64,000 bases of DNA from Phallusia mammillata (taxonomy: Eukaryota): assembly GCA_965637545.1 (NCBI GenBank), contig OZ281500.1:7750001-7814000 (forward strand). The letters run 5' to 3'. The notes below the pieces were generated by a model. It saw nothing but the letters and a program-made list of their open reading frames with translations. It was not told where the DNA came from and did no database searches. Position 1 is the stretch's first letter. Every line of letters starts with the position of its first letter. The translations under genes were made by a program, and so were the position numbers. Below are positions 37,801 to 48,428 of this stretch, in pieces.

Positions 37801-40640
37801 AAAGTTTAAATCTGTTTACGTTTAAATACGAGGCACGCGTCCTTATTGTCAAGCACAACCTCGTGACGCTCTGAAAACGTTCCAGAATACCGAATTATAC
37901 CGGTTACCTCATGACCTGCTGTGCTGTTTGCTTCGCCACGCGGCTTGTTTTCGCTTCAGCGATTTGAATTACGTTCTCCGTACCCGCGCCACAAAAGAAA
38001 GACAATAGTTGAACGTGGAGGTAAAGTTTGACCTCCTGGTGACTGCTGGATTTTTAAGGTGTGGCCAATAAGCCACATCCGACGTATTTGCCATAAAATT
38101 CCGACGCAAAACCGAACTTACGAAACACTTGTTTGTTTATGGCATGATTGTGCTCTTACACAAAACTCATAACCCTGGCGGTATTTTTTTTAATTTCCTC
38201 AAAGATAAACGATTCAAATTTGCAAAATGAATTTTCAACATTTTTAATGTTGTAAATAAATTAAATAAACTTGCTAAATATGGTCACATGATAATCGAAT
38301 TTGGAAGGAAATGTGCGATTGAACTTTTTGTGCTTTTTAACGCCATGACACTGATGACCGGGTAAATGTCATCCTTATCATCAGGTCACGTGGTATTAAC
38401 CTCACAAATTTTTTCCGTCCACCATGTTTTGCATACAATTCGGCGATCGCAGTTATTGATGACAAAGTAAAATTAATTAAACGCCTTTCATTCTCGGGAT
38501 TGACGACTGTTAATGGACAAAACTATCGAGGAACTACTCCCCGTGTCAGTTTGTTGAGCCCATACTGCAAATAAAAGAGCGTGCAAACGCGTATGCAGCA
38601 CGCTCACCGATAAAAATTGGTATCGTGGACAAGGTGGGTTTATTTGGTAACAGATCGTTCCCGATAAAAAATTTTAAACAATGCAGATATGATCTGATCT
38701 GAGCCGGGCCGCATAAGTCAGTCAACTGCTGGTCAATTTGCTAGGAATGCTTTTGTCTAGTATTTCGGGCGAAGTCGGTGTAATGCACAGGTTAACACCA
38801 TCTCATACAGCATTATATAATTAAACACCTGGGGCTCATAGAGAAGCATTGATGTGTTTCAAGAAGTTACAAAAGTCAAATTTGTTGACAAAATAAAAAC
38901 CTATAACGACGTTACAAAATATTCACCCGTTAATAACTAAAAAAGAGGTTTTTGTCAGCAGTAAGTTTGAGCGTAGAAGTGTATTATCATAACCCCACAA
39001 AGATTTTTTTGGGTTTAAACAAGAATAATAGCCTTCAAATGCGATATGACATGCATGAGATCAAACACAAAGTGTTGCTGATATCCTCACCTGGAATGTG
39101 ATATGTGGCTTTAATTTCTCGTTGCAAACTTTCCACAGTTGTAGATAGACGGTCAAAGTTGCGTACTTGGTAAACACGATGATTATTCCCAATTTCTCCG
39201 TTTGCTATCCATTGTAATTGCGAAATGTTGTAGTTTGCTATTCCGACACTGAACAACGTGACATTCTGACAAACAAAAGCAAAGCACTTGACAAAATGGC
39301 CTCCACGATTATCAAGTAGAAAATTTACGTAGCTGTTTCGTTCGGGGAACCACTGTCATGTTTGTTATGCAAAAACATAAGTGGGAAATTTCGGGCCTAT
39401 GAATCATTATAATTTACCTTTTTTCGGGCAAAATCAGCTGCGAAAATTACATCATCGTCTGACGGTCCATTGGTGACCAGTACCAGGATTTTTACTGTGT
39501 TCGCATTTGAAGCCGCAAAGTCTTCTTTGACTGTTTTGTTAATGGCGGCGCCTGTGTGTGTACTGTACCCCTGGGGGTAAAAACGGTTTTAAACAACAAC
39601 TTCCAAGCTATTTGCGAAATCCATACTCGCCTACCATGTACTGCATCGTGTTCACCAGGCTATTGAAGCAGAACGTAGTGATACATCGGCCCAATTTGAT
39701 TTCTGTCCTTAGCAGCTTTTGGTTGCTTAAAGGGCGATGTTTGTAGCTATACGAAAATTGAACAACACCGACCCGAAACTTTCCTGAAGGATATGTAATT
39801 TGTGGCGAGGGCAATAGATTACCAAGTAGATAATATTATGACGAAGTACACTTACGGTTAGAAAAATCGAATGCTGAGGTCACTGACTTTAACCACGTCT
39901 TTAGCTTCTTAAAATTTAATAACCCCGTGTTTTCCACTGATCCTGAGCCATCAATTAAAAACATCAGATCGACGGAAACCACACCAGCTGCAAAAACATT
40001 TTTGACCACTTTAAAGTTTTCCATTTCGTGGTAAATAATTATTGTAATGGATGAAGTAACGTGCAAGGCAAACCCAAGTTGTTGATAAAACGTACCTGAT
40101 GGGTGAGTTCGGTTTAATAGTAATTAATAAAAGTTAAACAAGAACATATTTTAAATGTTTTAATGGTCAGCCTAATAAGCAGCGAAACAAAGATACGCAA
40201 GAAAAACAGTAATCTATTCTTCTGGCTATAAGCTTCATTAAAAACAAACCAAGACTGCATTTATAGGAGCGACATTTTAAAATATTGGTGTCATATTCAT
40301 GATAAACAAACAAAAAGCAAACCTTGATGCTAGCTTATTTGCTAAACGTATGAAATCATCTAAAGCTGTTATTGCACAGGTCTACACTACATACGGTGAC
40401 GATATGAGGGGTATATTAAACAACTTTTTAAAAATAAAGAACTATAAATATACCGCTTACAACAGGCCTCCATGGAGGTGTGGCTAGACCCCTTGACCAT
40501 GCAGTATCTGGACTAGTCGTCGACAAATAAGTTGGGTCCAGGCGCGGGGATGAAATTATACTGTTTTGTGACGTTGCAACATTAGCACAGTGTCCGTAAA
40601 AAAGCAAAAAAGCACAGTGCAATAGAAACTTAAAAATCAT
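19820..40640 (-). CDS. Large secreted multidomain protein (paralog B): signal peptide - WSRGLAxPPWRP - vWA - Sushi - vWA - 2 Sushi - about 19 EGF/cbEGF - 4 Sushi - unassigned C-terminal domain (SVEP1/fibropellin-like architecture)
   Basis: ATG at 40640 with a hydrophobic signal peptide. vWA1 [11 protein letters not shown] (about 39985-39085); Sushi [10 protein letters not shown] (about 37385-37200); vWA2 [16 protein letters not shown] (36735-33880); Sushi exons at about 32970-32735, 32190-32052 and 31438-31343; EGF exons 30950-23160 (repeated D(I/V)DEC..PC.NGG.C.D..Y.C.C..GF.G..C); Sushi 23085-21157; C-terminal exons 20860-19820 ending [12 protein letters not shown]. No TM segment seen. Some junctions (40461-39987, 20413-20040) are unresolved. 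Confidence 0.88.
28390..28651. mobile_element. Fold-back element / long inverted repeat in a paralog B intron
   Basis: Arms of about 90 bp (28390-28480 and 28561-28651), near-perfect reverse complements, about 80 bp spacer. Confidence 0.85.
29242..29290 (+). repeat. Direct duplication, period 27
   Basis: TAATAAAGTTAACCGCAAAAAG at 29242 and 29269. Confidence 0.85.
30353..30481 (-). pseudogene. Perfect 129-bp copy of a partial Sushi exon plus donor and intron start (source 32014-32142)
   Basis: Base-for-base identical to 32014-32142 (offset 1661); flanked by T14 and T8 tracts; lacks the exon's acceptor. Confidence 0.9.
31577..31663 (+). repeat. Interspersed repeat copy (second copy at 57606-57693)
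   Basis: AGATGCTTTTTT..GCGAAATAT...GATTGTCAACTGATTT..TGGAAATAAA.ATTTCCCA.ACTTGTGATA in both places. Confidence 0.8.
33527..33571 (-). mobile_element. Probable Helitron 3' terminus (5' end not located)
   Basis: Perfect 10-bp stem AGCGCACAAG-9 nt-CTTGTGCGCT; on the minus strand it is followed 11 nt later by CTAG and then T. Confidence 0.55.
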
Positions 40641-42154
40641 CGCAAAGTTGGTGTTGTAACGCCCTAAATTTAGGAAGCAGATAAACGTTTGACATTAGAC
40701 TTGCACCATATTGAACTCATAATTATATCCTTTCCAATGCTGGCAACGTTTTGTGTGAGCGCAGCTGGTATTTACAAATTCTTCGCTTCTATGCCAGCTG
40801 CTATAATAGCTGAAAGAGAAGACCACACCGCTACATCAAACGACACTTCTTCCGTTGGCAAGAAAGACTTTTCTGCTCGAGGGTAAACACATATTTCGTC
40901 TCAATTAAAAAGTTTGCGAACACTCTTGCTTCAGAAAAGGGTTGTTTGGTGACTAACAAAATCGGCACCTGCATCTATGTTACTAAATATTCTGTCCAGT
41001 TCCAGTTAAATGCAACCTCTCCTGTCCAAAGACATGACAATGTGTACATATTTCTCATTCTACATCCTCAGAAACAAGGTGCACCCAAGTCCTTAATCAC
41101 AGGAGTTATGCCGAAGGTAACAAGCGAGACAATCGGTGTGTTCTGGTGCGATTGTCCGCGTGTGTTTACTGTTATGTCTCGAGAGAATGCGAAACAATGC
41201 TATTTAACGCCCTGAGCAGGTTTGCCGCCGGCAATGATCAGAGGGCGCAAGTCTCCCTTAAACGTAACCACGTGTTGGACGTCAGTATATACTTGAAAGC
41301 AGGAGCGCTGATCATTTAAGGCTCTTTGACGACGATTTCAAGTTTTACAAACACTACCGCAACCTGTCGTTACTTTTTGACGGCCGCCGTAGGTCCCGTG
41401 TTTGTTGTTGTTTTAAAATGGCGGTTCCAATAGCAAACCATTTGTTTCTAAATAACTGGCAGTTGTGAATTTTTGCCCATTTTTAATGTATAAAACATTT
41501 TTCGTAGGAGAAATTTCCACTAGATTTCAGTCTTTGAAACAATATCCACAACGTAAGTGGCTTGTACACCATTCAACAGTCTGCTACTAGGAACGCCTGC
41601 AAACTTTACTAATACCTCAATCTTGTATGTAAAATTAGAAAATTTGTGTACTAAAATCTCCGAAACTACCGGAGGCTTTTTTCTATGTAAATGACTGACT
41701 TTTAGCATTAGGTAAGGTCCGAAAGGTCAAACATTTTAGTCCACTATAAAAAGCTAAATATCAGCAAGCGAGTATTTATAAACGTACGTTTGCAAAGTAG
41801 GCTACATGTGGTTTCATATATATGTATGTGGCAGCGTAAATTTACATCCACTTTGTGCAAACCCGATTTCAAATTTTAAAATAACCCTGATAATCGTGTG
41901 ACCACTAACCTCCGCAGATCTTTTTATGTAAGAATGAGACAAACATTTACTGCAAAACACAAACGACTTATCGGCTTAATGAGGCAACATATCCCACCAA
42001 CAAGAATCGTGCAGTTTTACTATTTATACTTTAACAGTCCAGAGGTCAAGTACATGCAAAAACGGCAAATCAAATAAATTTGGGCCACGATATAATCTAA
42101 ACTCGCTGTATTGAGTAGTTTTGGGGTCTGGAACATGTTTCAACCGTCAACAAA

Positions 42155-45100
42155 TCATCCCACTCGACATGAAGCGAAAACGTGATTCCAAACAGCATCA
42201 CCGCCACCGCTTGACAAACATTTGTACGTGCACTGTTCAAAATCGCCTTGAGGTGTTTTCTACCAAAAGTGAATACATCATTTTATATGCCCACTGAGCA
42301 TGCTTTTCAAGAAACAACAACAACCGTGTGAATCGTGTTCAATACCTGGCAGTGTGTCGAGGAAATGTCTCCCACTAATTTGTAACCAGGATTGCAAGAA
42401 ACAGTGCAGTGTGTTTCAACTTTGTTCCGAGCATCACATTTGATATTGAGTCCTGGCACCATCGCTGCGCTGGGACAGGTGGCGTTAAAATGTCTGGTCT
42501 GGGCAGCGCATATTTGCGTTGACATGTTTCTGCAAAGGTATCGTTCAGTTTAATAATTTTTCACGAACCATGAACGCTTTTCACGCCCGAACGGGTTAAT
42601 AATGATTGTATATTGGGCAGGCGCCTCCGTAAAGTCAACTTTTTCAGCACGGGGTTCGAATCCTCCCGAGGAGGAATCCCGATTAGGCATTTTTAAACCT
42701 GTAAATGGGCAAACCGCCCTGAACCAACGTGCAATTTTCTGCTCAGGAAAGTCAGTGTGAAATATAGTAGTTTTAGCAACGAGCAGTAGCGCCATCTGGC
42801 GGACAACTATCTTGTGTATTTTAGGCAACGTATTTTTACCTGACTCGCGACAAAAGATCCCAGTACGTGTTTTCTAAAAGATAGTTGGAAGTCTTTGGTT
42901 TTGATGCCATTGCCCTGACTTCTTCTTTGTCAGCTTTATCAACTCCCACAGCTATTACGTTGGACAGTTGTTGCAGTTTAGGGGCGAATACTAGAAGTAT
43001 ATGTTTGTCATTAGTTTGACATCTAAATATATGCATAGGTACACGATGATATTCTTAGCAAAAAGATACAAGCTGGTATTTCAGTGTAAAATATTTCACC
43101 TAAAGATGACAAAGAAACTGTCCAAACGTTGTGATGTTTTTGCACTCAAAAACTGGCTGAATATAATTATATCTTTTTGCTCTGAATACAGTGGCGGGAT
43201 TCGGCCGGTTCGCACCGGTTCTACAGAACCGTCTCACGAAACTTCATGAGATCAGCGAACCGGTTAGCATTACTGGTTACTGGCAATGGACTTTTTGTAG
43301 CAGAACCGGCAAAAATATGACTTTTGTGATAGAACCGGTTGACAAAAATTTGAATCCCACCACTGTCTAAATATATGCACATTCAATGAAACTATAATAC
43401 AAACTTACTGGAAAAATTTGACTTGTCTTGTGATCTGCCATCAGTAACAACCACAGTTATATGAGGTACATGCATTCGTCGTCCAGACTCTTTGTTAAAT
43501 TTGTGTTTTATCGCGTAACCCAAAGCTTGACCAGTTTTCGTTCCAGTTCCATTATAATAAAGCTCCGTAACCTCCTATAACATAAAATCCTTGTGTATGA
43601 TCTTGTTTGTCAGCACAGAGCTGTCAATTTGACTTTTACCTGTATTAACAGATCTTTGCTCTGATATTTCTTGTAGTCCCACATATCGTTCACAACTCTG
43701 TTGTACGTCATAACAGCAACCTGTTTATTCATGTTTACAACTGTCACATTTTCATTAATGATAAAGCAATCATGCAACACTGCATTTTTCCACAAGTTTT
43801 GACCCTTACTTGGACGTGCTGAACGCCGATTTCAAATGTATCAATGATTTTCATGAGGAAGTCTTTGGTGATGGCAAAGTTTTTAGCCCCAACGCTTGAT
43901 GAAGAATCGACAATGAAGAGTAGATCAAATTTGCCGCGACAAGCTAAGATTTCAAACGGTACATGCTTTTACTCAAAATTGCTGAACAGTGTCGTTTTCA
44001 ATTTTGTTTCTGCAGAATCTCTAGCACACATTTCCATAAACCAATTCCACACCAGCAATGGCTAGTACCGTTGCTTTCACTGTATGTGCCCCATATAGAT
44101 TGGGCTCAAAAGAGCCCAAAAATGTTAAGAGTCTTTGTAGTGTTTAGTTCAATGAAAAAATATTGCACTTTTTAACAGCTAGAACAAATTGTTATGGGTT
44201 TTTCTGACTCAGATTTCAAAACACTTCATTGCGGCCTAGCTGTTTAGTACTGACAATCTAATAATAGTAATACCTCCGCAGGTGGAAATGCTTCCTGTCC
44301 AAGTTGGCCAAGCATCAGGATAACTAGTACAGATCCGTTGCTCGCTGCCGAAAAGCGAATACCCGTGATCACATGAGGTGGTACAAACTGAACCGACGTT
44401 ATTTGCTTGGCTGCATGAAAGGTTGCCATGAATTGGAGTTAGAAGTGGCTGACAACCTTAAAAAATAACCACAAATGTTGGATTGTCAACTCATATAAGT
44501 TATTAAAAAAGAATGTTATGCATCTTAATTGCCCGAATTCAAATTAGGCATATATTGTCAAAAGTACACAGTAATTGTATGTTTTTTGGTGCTTTGCCTT
44601 ATTTTACAATACCTGGATTTTCGATTGTGCTCTTTATTTCTTCATGTAAGTTGCCTGTGATTGAAGATAGTTTGTCAAAACTTGAAACTTGATAAACTCG
44701 TTGGTTGTTGTCTTTTTCGCCATTGGATATTACTTGCAGCTCGTTAAGGTTGTAGTCACCAACACCGATTGAAAATATTTTGATGCCCTAAAAAACAAAA
44801 ATGTTGAATCTATCAAAAATAGATTTACAACATTGTTCGGTGACGTAGTTTATTAAAGTTTAACAGGCAAGGTGACGACACGTTCAATCAAAAAAGTAAG
44901 AAAAAACGATAGTTTAAAGTTCACACAGCAATAGCAGCTTATTTGGATTGGCCAAAGCATGTGTTCTTTTAGTTTAAAGTTTGATAAAAAAAAACAGTAG
45001 TAATTATCAATTGAAATGAGTATTGGCTTAAAGTAACACACCTTTCCTCTGGCAATTTCAGACGAATAGCTGACGTCATCATCTGAAGCACCGTTTGTAA

Positions 45101-46293
45101 GAAGTATTAAAATTTGTTTTGCTCCTTTTCTTGACTTAGCGAAGTCTTGAAGCACAGTTTTGTTAATTGCAGCACCAATAAAAGTCGTGTAGCCCTGCAA
45201 CGGGAAACGCAACGTCACCATTTGATGATCAATCACCGAATTGCGCAATTTGAAGTCGCTCAAGTAACGAAACAAACAACACCACTTGCCATAATTTTCA
45301 TGTGATCTACAGCATAATCGAAGCACTGGTAATCAAGACAGGCACCGAGATGTAAGACGGTTTGGAGCATTTTCTGTCGATTGAACGGAAGGTTTTTGTA
45401 GTGGTGAGAAAATTGCACTACTCCCATCTGAACGTTTCCTATAAACACAATGCTCTTTGTTAAAATACTACAGACTTTTTTATTTACTTTTGCATGTCTA
45501 ATGAAGATAACGAGTTTATAAAAAGCGTTTTTTTAACTGTTTATTAAAAGTTGTAAAAAATAATTTGGGTAACAGCAAATTTTGTACAAGTTTGTTTATT
45601 TAAGCAGCTTTACCTTTTGATGAGTTCAAACCCCTAGCCACCTGCTTGACCCATGATTTAATTGAAAGAAAACTGTTAAGTCCACTACGTTCCACCGATC
45701 CAGAACCGTCAATGAGAAATATTAGGTCGACCGGGATAGATGAAACTGCAGAAAAATATAGAAATCAATTTAAATGCACAATCGGACTATTTGTTTCTCT
45801 GATTAGTAACAGTAACACATACGAAACGCCAGCATCGCCACAAACACATGTTAGGTATACACTGGGTTGTCATCGACTGAAATAAGGACAATCGAAAAAT
45901 TAAATTTCATACGAAGCGAAACAAACGTTTTTGAACAAATCTTTGCACGAGCCATGACATGTCATATGCCAACTTTTTACCAGAAACAATCTGTTACAGC
46001 AACTCCTTTGTTCATTGAAAATACTGCGTGCATCTCACGGCAGCTCAGGTCTAGGTTACTTTTACTTCAAAATAAGGACAAACTTAGAAATAAGAGCGGT
46101 ATGGCAACCCTGGATATACAACTCCAAATTAAAACAATAGCTTACTGTTCTGTATCGGCCGCCATGGTGGGTTAGCAAGACCCCTTGACCACCAATCTAC
46201 TGTCTTGGATTCAAGTATTCTGACAGGGGCAGCTTCATTACCACAGACAGCACAAATAGTAAGAACACAGAGGCGTAGTAAATACCAGCTCAT
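42155..46293 (-). CDS. Short secreted paralog A: signal peptide - WSRGLAxPPWRP - vWA - Sushi - vWA - 6-Cys Sushi
   Basis: ATG 46293 MSWYLLRLCVLTICAVCG. Exons about 46293-46146, 45745-45614, 45440-45290 (GC donor), 45197-45045, 44788-44614, 44456-44280, 43947-43813, 43720-43640, 43578-43410, 42998-42840, 42531-42347, 42259-42155. vWA1 DGSGS; vWA2 DSSSS..VVTDG; ends WNHVFASCRVG*. Exon-by-exon homology with paralog B. Confidence 0.88.
42787..42802 (-). promoter_or_regulatory. Candidate CTCF binding site
   Basis: Minus strand CCGCCAGATGGCGCTA fits the CTCF core CC(A/G)C(C/T)AG(A/G)(G/T)GGC(G/A)C at every position. Confidence 0.55.
43189..43365. mobile_element. hAT MITE (8213 family, opposite orientation)
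   Basis: TIR CAGTGG(C/T)GGGATTC; TSD TCTGAATA/TCTAAATA. Confidence 0.88.
45862..46112. mobile_element. hAT-Blackjack-like MITE (same family as 56593-56912)
   Basis: Termini CTGGGTTGTCAT / ATGGCAACCCTG; TSD GGTATACA/GATATACA; AAATAAGGAC subterminal repeats. Confidence 0.85.
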
Positions 46294-48428
46294 TGACAGT
46301 CCCCTTGACTTATATGGCCTTGAGCTGCGTCACGAATCAATTAAAATCGGATCTCATCGGGTCAGTTTAGTGAAATCTTGTACACAATACCTTGTATGCT
46401 ACTAAGGCAGCTGAAAACATAATATATTAATTATTTTTGCTTCACAACATAAACTTGTATTTCTTTACTTTGAGTTTACAAAGTAACGCCATTCAACGAA
46501 GTAAACCCTTGCGCCTTCCTCTTGAGATCACGTTTTAAAAATCCGCCCTATGAGGCAAACTTCCGAGACAGTTATGATTTTTTGAACCCCAAACAACAAC
46601 GTCAAAATATTCTGATTTACTGACAAACGCCAACAGTACTCTGAAACCATACCTATCAATCTCAAAATAACAGTTCTAAAAATAGCATCAGCAGCAACCC
46701 TACTTCCCTATATTAACCTTATATTATTCCGGTTTGGACCGTTTTTGGTCAAAAAATATTGTGAAATCGGTAGACAGGACATTCCACTTCCTGCTGTATG
46801 GCCAGACCTATATCTCTTTTCGAATGACGTTCTCACAATGATGTAGCCTATTTTTACGTGGTCATTAGGGATGCGCACATAAGGCGTCGGTAAATGCTTA
46901 GTACAATTTATGACCAACTTAATGTGGGCTCTGCACATCACGAATCTGACTGCTTGCTTGTAGTAGCAACAGAATCACCACTCTGTCTAAATCTAGTCTT
47001 TTTGAAACTATACTGGTCAACAACTAGCAGTTTTAAAGACACTTCTATCCTTGAAACTACTGCTTTTACGCTTGATTTTTTTCCCAGTCTACAACTTGAT
47101 GCGCGTTGTGATATGTCGTCACAACGGTGCTTTACTTGCCAAGTCTTGCCTGTCAGACGTAGTACATTCCAATCAATTTAGAGTTTCGAAACGAACTAAC
47201 GTAAAAGCGTGGAGAGATTACGCGCTTCTGCTGCTGGGCAGACGTTATCACGCGGGTAAAAATACACTGAATCGTGCTTGAGTATCGCAGACGGACTTGT
47301 ACACCGTTAAAAAAGGCCAAAAAATATATTAGATTTGGGATTTTGAAACAGATTATGTACTAACAGGAATTTTGCTTGAATATTTTTTGGGTTAATTAAA
47401 GTTGAAAGCATTCCTTTCTTTCTTGAACGCAAAACATTATAGGAATTGGTCTTGGTTGCTGCACCATAAATAAAAGTTTCAATGGCAAATCGACGTAATT
47501 GTGAAATACACCTTTGTGTCGACGTATAATGACAAAAGGAACATACACCGGTGACGCAAAAGTGCGTGAAGAGAACAGCAAGCCTTATTATCGTGCTAGG
47601 CTGGTTTGACGATTTTCCTTTGTTCGATTCGGTGGATTGTGTAAGCAAGCATTAACTTTTCGACACTAAGAGGGCGCGATAAACCTGTACAAACATCGAG
47701 AATCAATGATGTTTTTGTTACCGTGTAAAGTGCTATACTGCCGACCACAGCACTGTACATATTAAATTCTGTGTTTCCGTGCTCAGGAGACCACCACGTT
47801 CTTGCTTTAACTTACGTGCGTTTCCAGCAGCCGCCAGACAAACAAAACACAAAACAAGCTGGAAGGAGCGCACAATAGCTTTTCTTTGCCACTTTGTCGC
47901 CTACCAACAATCTTTGGAAGCATCTTTACTGTGATAAGACGTGATTAATCGACTTTGATTCAATATTGATTCGGGATTGGTCAACAATTGACTGTAGGTT
48001 GCTATAGTTGCCCAGAATTTCAGTGAATGCAAGAGCAGCCAGAGCGCAAGGTCTGAAAACGCGCTCAGGGATCAATTAAAAGTATATGAACTAATTCGAA
48101 GTACTGTCACAGTCAAAGTATACGTACTTGAAGAACACAAACGCCAGAACCACATTTTTCCCAGCCTAATCGGAGCCGCAATCTTTAACTTAAGATTGGC
48201 AGTTTGTTTTGCGCCTTGTAGGGCCTCTTGTGCTCACCGCGGCTTTTGTTATCACAGAAACTCTAGGTATTTTTAAGACTTTTAGCATAGTACATTTTCG
48301 TCTGTCAACGCCTGTTTTAGTGGGTTTGGCTAAGTTTCTTGGTACTAAGATCAACTTGAACTGTACGAGTTTCAAAATCAATTGGATTTCCAGAGTATGA
48401 ACTGTGATTTGAATTGCCACAGCACGCG

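Noticed and set aside
40725-40733. U12-type 5' splice consensus ATATCCTTT
   Set aside because: On the plus strand where no gene is evident, with no matching branch site or exon
42600-42680. Intact tRNA gene
   Set aside because: Only the T-loop/B-box is present; acceptor, D and anticodon arms cannot be formed
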